A DNA stretch of 64,000 nucleotides from Fidelibacterota bacterium (lineage in GTDB: Bacteria > Fidelibacterota > Marinisomatia > SCGC-AAA003-L08 > JACNLC01): positions 2 through 64,001 of the forward strand of contig JACNLC010000061.1 of the NCBI GenBank assembly GCA_014381725.1. The letters run 5' to 3'. Below, piece by piece: positions 18,608 through 28,484 of the stretch; within the stretch, counting starts at the first letter, position 1; every line of letters begins with the position of its first letter. Below the pieces are notes generated by a model. It saw nothing but the letters and a program-made list of their open reading frames with translations. It had not been told where the DNA came from and made no database searches. The position numbers were made by a program, and so were the translations under genes.

Positions 18608-19530
18608 ACGAAACTTCTATTACAGAAAGATGCGTTGTTACATTAGGAAACTTCGATGGGATTCATTTAGGTCATTCAGCAATTCTAAATAAAACGGTTG
18701 AACTTGCTAAGCAGAAGAATTTAAAGAGTGTAGTAATTACTTTTCATCCTCATCCAAAACGAGTTTTAGAGACAGAAATATTAGATAATAAATATCTCAT
18801 TACAGATTTACAAACAAAATCGGAATTGATAGGAAAAAATGGAATTGATTATTTATTGGTTATTCCTTTTGATGAAAAACAAGCAGAGATATCTGCCGAC
18901 GAATTTCTTAGAGATTTAATTATAGAGAAATTTCAACCAACAGATATTGTAACAGGATACGATCATCATTTTGGTTTTGAGCGTAAAGGAAATTCAGAAT
19001 TTCTAAAATCACATTCTGAATTATATAATTACGAATTTCATATTGTTAAACCAATCTTAATTGATGACGAGATTGTTAGCAGTTCAAAAATTCGAAATTG
19101 TTTAGCATCTAATCAAATTATTGATGTAAACAAAATGTTAGGAAGACCTTATAAAGTTATAGGCCGAGTTGAAAAAGGACTTGGTAGAGGAAAACAGTTA
19201 AATTTTCCAACTGCAAATATTGTTCCAATTGATGAAAATCAAATCATTCCATCTGATGGTGTTTATTGCGTAACAGTGGAAATAGAAGAAAATACTTTCA
19301 GAGGTATGTGCAATATAGGAAATCGTCCAACTTTTGAAGAGAATTCAGAAACTTCTATAATTGAAGTAAATTTATTTTCAGAAGATCAGAGAGATATCTA
19401 TTACAAGGACATTGTTGTGAAATTTCACAATTTTGTAAGAGATGAAAAGAAATTTGATTCTGTAGAGAATCTGAAAGAACAATTGCAAATTGATAAAATA
19501 TTTTGCAAGAAACAATTAATTGAAGTGTAG
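18586..19530 (+). CDS. ribF: Bifunctional riboflavin kinase / FMN adenylyltransferase
   Basis: GNFDGIHLGH and GYDHHFG motifs, plus the C-terminal kinase segment (GRGKQLNFPTANI). Confidence 0.92.
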   Translation: MVVIRSINETSITERCVVTLGNFDGIHLGHSAILNKTVELAKQKNLKSVVITFHPHPKRVLETEILDNKYLITDLQTKSELIGKNGIDYLLVIPFDEKQAEISADEFLRDLIIEKFQPTDIVTGYDHHFGFERKGNSEFLKSHSELYNYEFHIVKPILIDDEIVSSSKIRNCLASNQIIDVNKMLGRPYKVIGRVEKGLGRGKQLNFPTANIVPIDENQIIPSDGVYCVTVEIEENTFRGMCNIGNRPTFEENSETSIIEVNLFSEDQRDIYYKDIVVKFHNFVRDEKKFDSVENLKEQLQIDKIFCKKQLIEV

Positions 19531-19549
19531 AAAAGGGAGTTATAAACTA

Positions 19550-19819
19550 ATGTCAATTACTAAAGAAAAAAAACAAGAACTAATAGGTCAGTTTGGCAAG
19601 AATGCTGAGGATTCAGGAACACCTGAATCACAAATAGCAATCTTAACAGAGAGAATTAACACAATTACTGATCATGTTAAAGTAAATAAAAAGGATCATA
19701 GTGGCAGACGCGGTTTGATACAATTAGTATCAAAACGAAGAAAATTACTTGATTACTTAAAAAAACGAAACCCTAATGGATATGTAGAACTTATTAAGAA
19801 GTTAAATATCCGAAAATAA
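19550..19819 (+). CDS. rpsO: 30S ribosomal protein S15
   Basis: GTPESQIAILTERINTITDHVKVNKKDHSGRRGL. The ATG at 19550 is preceded by AAAGGGAG, so the track start at 19520 is probably too long. Confidence 0.92.
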   Translation: MSITKEKKQELIGQFGKNAEDSGTPESQIAILTERINTITDHVKVNKKDHSGRRGLIQLVSKRRKLLDYLKKRNPNGYVELIKKLNIRK

Positions 19820-19843
19820 GGGAAATAATAATAAGGAAATAAA

Positions 19844-22006
19844 ATGATAGAAAAATCGTTAAATGTTGCAGGTCGTACGATGACGATCGAGACAGGGAAA
19901 ATGGCTAAACAAGCCAATGGATCGGTTGTGATGAAGTACGGTGAGACTGTAGTATTAGTTACTGCAACAGTAAAGAAAAAAGCTGGAGAAGATCGTGGGT
20001 TTTTCCCACTTTCAGTAGATTACAGGGAAAAATACTATGCTGCTGGGAAAATACCCGGTGGTTTTTTTAAGCGTGAAGCTCGTCCATCTGAAGGTGAGAT
20101 AATTGCATCTCGTCTAACTGACAGACCGATTCGTCCTCTTTTCCCGAATGACTTCAGAAATGATGTTCAAATACTGATAAATGTATTATCATACGACGGC
20201 GAAAATGAAGCAGATGTATTAGGAACAATAGGAGCTTCTGCAGCTCTTGCAATTTCTGAAATACCCTGGAATGGTCCAGTAGCATCAGTTCGAGTTGGAA
20301 AAATTGAGGATAAATTCGTTATAAATCCTCTAAAAACTCAATTAGAATCAAGTGAAATGGAAATAATTATTTCAGGAACTGAAGATTCAATTGTAATGGT
20401 GGAAGGCGAATCTAATTTCATTACTGAAGAGAATTTATTAGCTGCTATCCAATATGGCCATGAAGCTATTAAAGATATTATTAAACTGCAAAAAGAACTG
20501 ATAAAAGAAATCGGTAAAGAAAAAATGATAGTTCCTGAGAAAGAAGTAAACAAGGAATTACTAGATGCAGTTGATAAGTTGATACAAGGTAAAATAGAAC
20601 CTTTAAATGCACCTAAAGAGAAAATGCAAAGATATGGTGACATTGAAGATTTCACTCAAGATATTGTTAATCAACTAGAAGAACAATATCCCGAAGAAGA
20701 AAAAGCAATCAGAAATAGAGTAGATGATGCTATAACTGCAGATTTAAGAACAAAAACTCTCGGTGGTGTTCGTGCAGATGGTAGAGGACTAAAAGATATT
20801 AGAGATATCACAATTGACACTTCTGTTTTACCAAGAGCACACGGATCTTCACTATTTACTCGAGGTGAAACACAAGCTATATGCGTAGCAACTTTGGGTG
20901 GTAAAAAAGATGAACAGATGATTGATAATCTAGAAGGTGTTTCATACAAAAGATATATGTTGCATTACAATTTTCCACCATTTAGCGTTGGTGAAGTTGC
21001 AATGAGATTTGGAACATCAAGGAGAGAAGTTGGTCACGGTAATCTTGCAGAACGATCTATCAAGAGAATTCTGCCAGACCATGATGATTTTCCATATACA
21101 ATCCGTCTAGTTTCTGAAATTCTAGAGTCTAACGGATCTTCATCTATGGCAACTGTTTGTGGTGGAGTAATGTCATTGTTGGATGCAGGTGTTCCAATAA
21201 AAAATCCTGTGGCTGGAATTGCTATGGGCTTGATTATGGAAAACGAAAATGAATATGCAATCCTCACAGATATTTTGGGAACTGAAGATCATCTTGGTGA
21301 TATGGATTTCAAAGTAGCTGGAACAAAAGATGGAATTACTGCGATACAGATGGATTTAAAAGTAGAAGGTTTGCCTGTTGAAATTATGCGAAATGCTCTA
21401 GCTCAAGCAAACGAAGCTCGCTTAGCTATCATAGATAAAATGATAGAAGCTCTTCCTGAACCTAGAAAAGAATTATCGCAATATGCTCCGAAGATTCTAC
21501 AAACTCAAGTCCCAGTTGATTTAATTGGCGTATTAATTGGTCCTGGTGGGAAAAATATTAAAAAGCTAATTGAAGATTATGCATGTGAGATATCAGTCGA
21601 AGAAGATGGAAAAGTTTTACTCTACGGAACAGACAAAGAAAGTCTAGAGGATCTCAAATCTGTAATTGATAAATATTCACTTGTACCTGAAGCTGGACAA
21701 GAATATGATGGAGTTATTGAAAAAATAATGGATTTTGGCGCTTTTGTTGGTATTACACCTACTGTTTCTGGTTTAATTCACATATCTGAACTTAAATGGG
21801 AACGAGTAAACAAAGTCGAAGATGTTGTGAAAGCCGGTGAGAAAGTGAGAGTAAAACTGCTTAAAAAAGATGAAATGGGAAGATATAATTTCAGTTTAAA
21901 AGCACTTGAACCAAAACCTGACAACTTACCAGAACAGAAACCACGGGAAGATCGTCGAGATAGAGGAGGAAGACCCCCTCGAAGAAGTAACAATAGAAAT
22001 AAGTAA
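19844..22006 (+). CDS. pnp: Polyribonucleotide nucleotidyltransferase (PNPase)
   Basis: Two RNase PH domains (RADGR, GSSSMA, TEDHLGDMDFKVAGT), KH and S1 domains, and an Arg-rich tail. Confidence 0.95.
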   Translation: MIEKSLNVAGRTMTIETGKMAKQANGSVVMKYGETVVLVTATVKKKAGEDRGFFPLSVDYREKYYAAGKIPGGFFKREARPSEGEIIASRLTDRPIRPLFPNDFRNDVQILINVLSYDGENEADVLGTIGASAALAISEIPWNGPVASVRVGKIEDKFVINPLKTQLESSEMEIIISGTEDSIVMVEGESNFITEENLLAAIQYGHEAIKDIIKLQKELIKEIGKEKMIVPEKEVNKELLDAVDKLIQGKIEPLNAPKEKMQRYGDIEDFTQDIVNQLEEQYPEEEKAIRNRVDDAITADLRTKTLGGVRADGRGLKDIRDITIDTSVLPRAHGSSLFTRGETQAICVATLGGKKDEQMIDNLEGVSYKRYMLHYNFPPFSVGEVAMRFGTSRREVGHGNLAERSIKRILPDHDDFPYTIRLVSEILESNGSSSMATVCGGVMSLLDAGVPIKNPVAGIAMGLIMENENEYAILTDILGTEDHLGDMDFKVAGTKDGITAIQMDLKVEGLPVEIMRNALAQANEARLAIIDKMIEALPEPRKELSQYAPKILQTQVPVDLIGVLIGPGGKNIKKLIEDYACEISVEEDGKVLLYGTDKESLEDLKSVIDKYSLVPEAGQEYDGVIEKIMDFGAFVGITPTVSGLIHISELKWERVNKVEDVVKAGEKVRVKLLKKDEMGRYNFSLKALEPKPDNLPEQKPREDRRDRGGRPPRRSNNRNK

Positions 22007-22016
22007 ACTTATTAGA

Positions 22017-22046
22017 ATGTCCCGATTAACTTCGGGACATTTTTTA
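22017..22046 (+). terminator. Rho-independent terminator of pnp
   Basis: Perfect 9-bp stem ATGTCCCGA/TCGGGACAT, loop TTAACT, followed by TTTTTATT. Confidence 0.8.
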
Positions 22047-22050
22047 TTAT

Positions 22051-22836
22051 ATGAAAATTCAATCGATACCCACACTAACTTATCATAAAATTGATTTTGG
22101 TTTTGAACTTGGATTAAACAAAATTCACCCTAGTAAATTCAATAAACATATTCAGCTACTTTCTAAAAAAGGGTATAAAGCGATTACAACAAAATGCGAA
22201 TATTCATCAAAGAAAGTGTTTATTACATTTGATGATGGATATCAAAATGTACTTCTTAACGCCCTACCGATTATGCAAAAAGTTAAATTTAAGGGAATCA
22301 TTTTTGTTAGTTCTAATTTTATTGGTAAAATTAACAATTGGGATATTAACTTTGGTCTTAACAAAAATCGACATCTTTCAAAAGTAGAAATACAAGAATT
22401 AAGCAACAATGGTTGGGAGATTGCGAGCCACGGGCATAATCATTATGCATACTCTAAGTTAAAATTGAGCGAAATTAGAGAAGATCTAATTAAATCGAAA
22501 AATATCCTCGAGGATTTAACAGGTAAAGAAGTTATTTCTTTCACTTCGCCATTTAATATAATGCCTAAGGAAGTTTGGGAATTACTTTCAGAAGTTGGAT
22601 ATAAAAATATTTTTATTCAAAAATCGTTGTTTAGTGAAAACAATAAGGAATTTAGAGATTTAAACATTATTGAAAGACGCTCAGTTTATTGTATTGATTC
22701 ATCCAAAAATATACAAAAGAAAATTCTTAATTCATCTAAATTTGAATTAATCAAAGAAAATACAATTCACTCGTGCTCAAAATTGACAGTATATTTTAAA
22801 AAAATTGAGGAAGCAAATTTGCTTCCTCAATCATAA
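22051..22836 (+). CDS. Polysaccharide deacetylase (NodB homology) family protein
   Basis: TFDDGY motif and HGHNH-type His cluster (IASHGHNHYAY). Confidence 0.75.
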   Translation: MKIQSIPTLTYHKIDFGFELGLNKIHPSKFNKHIQLLSKKGYKAITTKCEYSSKKVFITFDDGYQNVLLNALPIMQKVKFKGIIFVSSNFIGKINNWDINFGLNKNRHLSKVEIQELSNNGWEIASHGHNHYAYSKLKLSEIREDLIKSKNILEDLTGKEVISFTSPFNIMPKEVWELLSEVGYKNIFIQKSLFSENNKEFRDLNIIERRSVYCIDSSKNIQKKILNSSKFELIKENTIHSCSKLTVYFKKIEEANLLPQS

Positions 22837-22849
22837 ATATTTTAGTATA

Positions 22850-24127
22850 TTATTTCAACAGCATTAGTTTTTGAGTTTGTGATTTCTCTCCAATTATTAG
22901 CTTAGCAAAGTAAATTCCGCTAGGTTGGTTCGAAGCATTCCAAATTACTTGATGATAACCTAATTCTTTTCTACTATTGACCAATGTTTCAACTAATTGA
23001 CCATTTACATTATAGATATCCAACGCTATGTCACTATTAACCATCAACTGATAACTAATAACTGTTTTGGGATTAAACGGGTTTGGATAAGCACTTACCA
23101 ATTGATAATTGATAGTTGATAATTGGTTATTATTATTTGCTTCATTTTCAAAAAATGCGAATGATCCAGGAATAGCTCCAACTTCATAGTTTGCCAATTC
23201 AGTTCCATTATCATCTAACACAACTACATTATCTGGAGCAGAATAATCAGATAATCCAAAATATATTTTATCATTAAAAAATGCCATTGAATAAACATCA
23301 GCATACTCTCCAATTTGAGAATCATCAACAAAGTTAAGAAAATCATCTAATTGTTGAATTCCACTTTCCCACATACGATAAATATCATTGTTTACCACAG
23401 CTAAATCAGCATTATATAAAAATGTCAGTCCGTGATCAACAGAAAGTACTTCACCAGTTTCAAGGTTAATATTTGAAGTACCGGAATATGTGTTCCAGAT
23501 GTCATCGTAATACATATTGGTTACAAAAATGAAGTTGTCGTGAATGAGCATTTGTCCAGGACCATCACCAACAATATAACTATTTACAATTTCATTTGAT
23601 GAAGGATCAATTGTTAGCACTTGATTACCAGCAGACCAATCAGAATTTTGAATGATAGAAGTATATAAATATGTTCCATCTGTAACAATATCTTCTGGCA
23701 TTCCAGCTACTGAAATCGGTTCGAAGAATTCAAAAGTCTCTAGATCCAAAACTGCAATACTCTCAGAATACCATTCAGTGATATATCCAACTTCATTCAG
23801 AACCGTCATTTCTCTAGGACCTGAAAAATTTGTACTCACAGATTGATAATGTGAAAGTGTTCCATCTTCAGAAATATCGTAAATTTCTATACTACTACTT
23901 CCGTTGTTGATTATGTATAACCTATTTCCGTCAACTGTCATTGATTGACCAGTGTCTCCAACAGGATTATTCGGACCCTCAATCAGATTATTTGCACCAT
24001 CAACCATCCAAAGTGATGCATTTGCACCTTGATAGTTGCCTTCACAAAGTATATATGAAGTTTGTTGAGCAAATATAAATCCGATTGATAATGTCAATAG
24101 GAGTGTGTATGTTATTATGTTTTTCAT
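22850..24127 (-). CDS. Secreted beta-propeller-like protein with a T9SS C-terminal sorting domain (candidate B12-locus surface protein)
   Basis: Signal peptide, ILCEGNYQGANASL motif, and repeated blade-like segments. The C-terminal ~80 aa (AYPNPFNP...GIYFAKL...QKLMLLK) is Por_Secre_tail-like. It lies 14 nt downstream of the riboswitch-controlled receptor. Confidence 0.7.
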   Translation of the reverse strand: MKNIITYTLLLTLSIGFIFAQQTSYILCEGNYQGANASLWMVDGANNLIEGPNNPVGDTGQSMTVDGNRLYIINNGSSSIEIYDISEDGTLSHYQSVSTNFSGPREMTVLNEVGYITEWYSESIAVLDLETFEFFEPISVAGMPEDIVTDGTYLYTSIIQNSDWSAGNQVLTIDPSSNEIVNSYIVGDGPGQMLIHDNFIFVTNMYYDDIWNTYSGTSNINLETGEVLSVDHGLTFLYNADLAVVNNDIYRMWESGIQQLDDFLNFVDDSQIGEYADVYSMAFFNDKIYFGLSDYSAPDNVVVLDDNGTELANYEVGAIPGSFAFFENEANNNNQLSTINYQLVSAYPNPFNPKTVISYQLMVNSDIALDIYNVNGQLVETLVNSRKELGYHQVIWNASNQPSGIYFAKLIIGEKSQTQKLMLLK

Positions 24128-24141
24128 TTGATTTACCTTTC

Positions 24142-26220
24142 TTATTTTTCTATTGTTAGTTTAGTTGAAATACTTCGACCAGGATTTGGGTACCCGAAAA
24201 CAGTTTGATATTGTTCATTAAAAACATTTTCTAATAATATCTGCAATTCAAATTTGAACCACTTAGAATACAGACTTTTCCCAAAGCTGAAATCTACAGT
24301 GTGATATTTGGGAAGCATTAGATCTTCTAAATCGTATAAACGAATCCTCTCTGATGTAAATTTCCAATTAGTTGAGAGTGAATATCCTTTGTAATGGCTT
24401 GAATGTTGAAATGAAGCAATATATTTTGGAGTGTGCATCAATGGTTTTCCAAGATGTAGTGAATCCAGCGACTTATCATAGTTTTTGGACACATTATGCG
24501 AAAAGTTCACAGAAAAACGAAAGAGAGGATTTTGTGAAGCATCTAGATTAATATCGTATCCATAAGATAATGCTGAACTGATATTTTCTGGTGACCACAT
24601 ACCGCCATTTTTGGGTTTCCAACGAATAAGATTTTCATACGAAATATGATAAAGTGAGACATTCAGATTGGAATGAAATAAATTGAATTTACTTCTTAGA
24701 TAAATATTCCTAGAAAATTCTGTTTTTAAGTTTAAATTGCCAAACGGTACCCAATACAAATCGTTAAAATTAGGGCGTTTGTAATTTCTTGATATTGAAA
24801 GCGATAGTTTGTCAATTATTTTAGAAATATTCCATTCTGTGATAAGTTCACTAACTTGAACAGGATTTTGATTTTTCTCTACATCATTTCTCAATGCAAA
24901 GATAATTCGGAATGGGTGAGATGTATAATCGAACTCCCAAAGAAAAGCCAAAACTGATTTGGATGTATCAATTGAATTGCTACTTTTACTGTTAATATTA
25001 TCGTGATGGATTGAAAAATGATTATAACCTAAAGTAGTTTCAAGATGTTGAGAAATGGTTTCTATTTTATGCGTTGCATCTACTGGAAAGCTGTGGTTAC
25101 TTACAAAATGTAAGGAGTTTTGTTTTCTAATTATTGAATATTTTGTCGAATCTCGCTCAATTTTAATTGATTGAAAGCCAAAATTATCATCCATTGTTGA
25201 ATAATCGGGTGATGAGTATATGTTTTCTGAATTTATTCTATTATTATCAACCGCCATAACCGATGTAGAAATTGAGAATCCTTTCTGTAATTTATGATTT
25301 ATACTCAAATAATAAAATTGTTGGTCAATCTTGTTGATGATATTGGTAAAAATCTTATCCATAAACACAGGTATTTGATTATAAGAGCCATCTTCTTTAT
25401 ATGAATAGTTGCCATCAAATCTATATTTTCCAACAGAAGCGTTAATTGTAAGGTTAGAAAATTTCTTCCCAATAAATAATGTGTGTTGCTTTAGACCAAA
25501 AGTTCCAGTTGAATATGAATATTTCAGTTTTTCATTTGGAGGTGCAAAATTGAGAACTCCTGTGATTGCAGAAGAACCAAATCGAGCAGATGAACCTTGT
25601 GGATAAAAATGAACTTCATCAATTAAAGCAGATGGAATTTGCGAAATATCTGCATTACCATTTTGTTCGCTGTTAATCTGAACTCCATCAAACATAATTG
25701 AAAACCTATCACCTTGGCCACCGTGCAAAGATACAGTGCTAACAGATGCAGGTCCGCCATACGATTTGATACTGATTCCTTGTAATTTACCCACAATATG
25801 TGTTGTGGTTGAAGAATTATTAATATGTACATTGTGAAGAGTAAGTGGTTTAAGTGGATGAAAATCAAGTTGATTGTTATGTTTAGTTTCTGTTACTACA
25901 ATTTCTTCGGAAACTAAAACAATTGGAGTGAGATAAATAATAGCAAAATTTGTGTTATTTGTTTTATATGACTCGGATTTATAACCTAATTTTGATAAAG
26001 ATATTTCAGAGGAATTTGTTAGAATTTCAAAACGACCATGTTTATTGGAATAGATAACTTCAGTATCAGAATTTACAACAACATCAATTATAGGTTGATG
26101 AGTAATTTCATCGAGAATAACTCCAGAAAATTCATTAGCGAAAATTCCGCCTAACAATATGCTTATCAATACTAAAAACCCCGACCTTCTAAAAGGTGGG
26201 GTATATGCAGGTTTTTTCAA
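24142..26220 (-). CDS. TonB-dependent receptor (BtuB-like by riboswitch context)
   Basis: N-terminal carboxypeptidase-regulatory-like domain, plug segment (SGSSARFGSSAITGVLNF) and a beta-barrel ending in an aromatic-rich strand. TTG start. A cobalamin riboswitch lies immediately upstream. Confidence 0.85.
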   Translation of the reverse strand: MKKPAYTPPFRRSGFLVLISILLGGIFANEFSGVILDEITHQPIIDVVVNSDTEVIYSNKHGRFEILTNSSEISLSKLGYKSESYKTNNTNFAIIYLTPIVLVSEEIVVTETKHNNQLDFHPLKPLTLHNVHINNSSTTTHIVGKLQGISIKSYGGPASVSTVSLHGGQGDRFSIMFDGVQINSEQNGNADISQIPSALIDEVHFYPQGSSARFGSSAITGVLNFAPPNEKLKYSYSTGTFGLKQHTLFIGKKFSNLTINASVGKYRFDGNYSYKEDGSYNQIPVFMDKIFTNIINKIDQQFYYLSINHKLQKGFSISTSVMAVDNNRINSENIYSSPDYSTMDDNFGFQSIKIERDSTKYSIIRKQNSLHFVSNHSFPVDATHKIETISQHLETTLGYNHFSIHHDNINSKSSNSIDTSKSVLAFLWEFDYTSHPFRIIFALRNDVEKNQNPVQVSELITEWNISKIIDKLSLSISRNYKRPNFNDLYWVPFGNLNLKTEFSRNIYLRSKFNLFHSNLNVSLYHISYENLIRWKPKNGGMWSPENISSALSYGYDINLDASQNPLFRFSVNFSHNVSKNYDKSLDSLHLGKPLMHTPKYIASFQHSSHYKGYSLSTNWKFTSERIRLYDLEDLMLPKYHTVDFSFGKSLYSKWFKFELQILLENVFNEQYQTVFGYPNPGRSISTKLTIEK

Positions 26221-26229
26221 TCCTACACC

Positions 26230-26340
26230 TCAATCCTCGAAGGTTTTGTAGTTAAAGGAAGTATCTGGCTCGTCGGTAAAACGACTTACAGTTGCGGGTC
26301 AGCTTCGGACTTACACCGAATTCCTTCCAAATTATCTATT
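26230..26340 (-). promoter_or_regulatory. Cobalamin (B12) riboswitch
   Basis: The minus-strand reading is GGAAGGAATTCGGTGTAAGTCCGAAGCTGACCCGCAACTGTAAG...GAGCCAGATACTTCC. This matches the conserved GGTG.AA.TCC / GCTG.CCCGCAACTGTAA core and a B12-box-like AGCCAGATAC. Confidence 0.85.
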
Positions 26341-26389
26341 GCAAAAAGCACCAAAAATTAAGGGAAATAATTGGTTAATTCTAACACTC

Positions 26390-27385
26390 TTATTCAGTTT
26401 TGAATAATTTTTGATCCATATGATATTGGACGAAGTCAGCGTTTGATTTGAATTCTACTATATTTGTTGCACCCATATAGCTGAATGAACTTCGTAAACC
26501 TGCTTCGATTTGGTCAATGATATTTTGGACTCCGCCTTTATATTCCACAATAGTTTCATCACCTTCGATATAATATGGATTTTTCTTACTTTTTCGTTGA
26601 ACTGCAAATGATGCTGAACCTCTATAAGCTTTATAGAGGTTCCCGTTGTACTTCAAGATATTGCCTTCGGATTCTTTGGTTCCAGCAAACATTCTGCCCA
26701 TCATAACTAAATCTGCGCCAAGTCCAAGAGCTTTAGAGATATCTCCAACTGAAGCAACTCCACCATCAGCAATAATCAATGATTTGCATTTATTTTTATC
26801 TTTGAAAGATTTGCATTCTTGAAGGGCAGATACAATCCCCTGTCCAACACCAGTCATAATTGATGTTGTGCACATAGAACCGTTTCCGATTCCCACACGA
26901 ATAGCATCAACACCAAGATTTGATAGATATTCAAATCCTTCTTCTGAAGCAACATTTCCGCAAATAAGAAAAGTATCGCTAAGATTTTTTATAAACTCGA
27001 TGATTGGTTCGCTGGCAGTATTGAATCCATTAGCGACATCAACAATGAAATATCTTGCTCCGATATTGTGAAGCTGTGAAACCAAATTTTGTTCTTCCAA
27101 TCCAACAGCGATGATTGCATCCATATTTTCTGAAACAAGTGTCCTGTAATCATTAATTCGTTCTTCGTCGCTAGAAAACCGATGAATCATACCGATCATA
27201 TCGTTTTCACAAAATGCTTTACACATATTAATTCCACAAATTGTATCCATCGGTGACGGAAGAATGGGCATACGCAATTTGTGATTATTGAAATTAGTGG
27301 AGAGATCAATTTGATTTCTAGAATGAACTTTAGATAAAGTTCTAGGAACCAATGAAATGTCTTTGTAAGTGTGTGTAGTTTTCAT
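26390..27385 (-). CDS. IMPDH/GMP reductase family protein without a CBS insert (GMP reductase-like)
   Basis: YKDISLVP, PILPSPMDT, catalytic loop GIGNGSMCTTS, and IADGGV..GDISKALGLGADLVMMG. Confidence 0.8.
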   Translation of the reverse strand: MKTTHTYKDISLVPRTLSKVHSRNQIDLSTNFNNHKLRMPILPSPMDTICGINMCKAFCENDMIGMIHRFSSDEERINDYRTLVSENMDAIIAVGLEEQNLVSQLHNIGARYFIVDVANGFNTASEPIIEFIKNLSDTFLICGNVASEEGFEYLSNLGVDAIRVGIGNGSMCTTSIMTGVGQGIVSALQECKSFKDKNKCKSLIIADGGVASVGDISKALGLGADLVMMGRMFAGTKESEGNILKYNGNLYKAYRGSASFAVQRKSKKNPYYIEGDETIVEYKGGVQNIIDQIEAGLRSSFSYMGATNIVEFKSNADFVQYHMDQKLFKTE

Positions 27386-28414
27386 TTATTTACCCTGTAT
27401 AATTGTTCTAATTGGAAATGGAATTTCAATTCCTTCTTCATCAAATCGTTTTTTTAGCCGTTTCACAAATTCGTGTTTTACAATGTATTGTGAATTGTAA
27501 TCTGTCGCTTGCATTACTGCTGTAAAGTCAATACTAGAATTGTTGAAAGTATGGAAGCGAATCACCGGAGCAAAGTCTGGATTACCCCCTTTAACATTAT
27601 TGACAACATCAACAGAGACTTCCAAAGCGATTGATTCAACTTTCTCTAAATCGCTGTCATAAGCAACACCACAATCAACTTTTACTTTTAGATTATTGTT
27701 TGGGATGCTAAAATTCACAACAGTGGCTATCGCTAGTTCGGAGTTTGGAACAACAATTGTATTGTTTTGTCTGTCGATTAAAGTAGTATTTCTTAATGTG
27801 ATATCTGTAATATTTCCTTCCATACCTGAACTCAGTTGAATGAAATCACCAGTATGAAGTTGTTTTGTCATTAAGATTTGCAAACCTGCAAAAAGATTAG
27901 CTAGTGTATCTTTTAATGCAAAACCAGCAGCCATACTTCCAACACCCAATGCACCGAGAAGAGGAGTGATAGAAACTCCAAAAGTTTGAAGAATCATCAT
28001 AATTCCAATTCCAATAACGACACCTTTAATTAGGTAGTTGAATAATCCTGTATTTTGAAATTCCCCATTAATTTTAGAAGTGTAGATATTTAGTATTGAA
28101 ACAAGGATATTTGCAAACGCAAGAGATCCAGTTAGAATTATAATAACTGTTAGAATCTGTGTAATTGGCTCAGAAATAGAATTTGGGAATGCATCTGTAT
28201 CAAAAGCAAGAAAAATTCCACCTAGAACCAACCATATACTCATATATCTACTGATGATTTTTAAGAATATATCATCACCTACCCAATCTGTTTTTTTTGC
28301 AAGTATCTTTAGTCGCTTAATAATTATTTTACTAAAGAGTAATGCACACAAAAAACCCAATAAAATAAAAGTAAGAGGTAATAAATATAGTTTGTAAGAA
28401 AGTATAAATTCCAT
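27386..28414 (-). CDS. Mechanosensitive ion channel (MscS family)
   Basis: N-terminal TM helices, a pore helix (GALGVGSMAAGFALKDTLANLFAG) and the beta-domain (GDFIQL...GNITDITLRNT). Confidence 0.85.
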   Translation of the reverse strand: MEFILSYKLYLLPLTFILLGFLCALLFSKIIIKRLKILAKKTDWVGDDIFLKIISRYMSIWLVLGGIFLAFDTDAFPNSISEPITQILTVIIILTGSLAFANILVSILNIYTSKINGEFQNTGLFNYLIKGVVIGIGIMMILQTFGVSITPLLGALGVGSMAAGFALKDTLANLFAGLQILMTKQLHTGDFIQLSSGMEGNITDITLRNTTLIDRQNNTIVVPNSELAIATVVNFSIPNNNLKVKVDCGVAYDSDLEKVESIALEVSVDVVNNVKGGNPDFAPVIRFHTFNNSSIDFTAVMQATDYNSQYIVKHEFVKRLKKRFDEEGIEIPFPIRTIIQGK

Positions 28415-28484
28415 TGTATCTCCTTTTTATTGGCCATGAAACCACGCGAAATCTACAATAATTACTAAAATAAAATCAGATTTA

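Noticed and set aside
26221-26250. Specific SD-sequestering expression platform for the B12 riboswitch (ACCT...AGGT pairing).
   Set aside because: Only a 4-5 bp pairing is visible, which is too weak to assert a mechanism without folding calculations.
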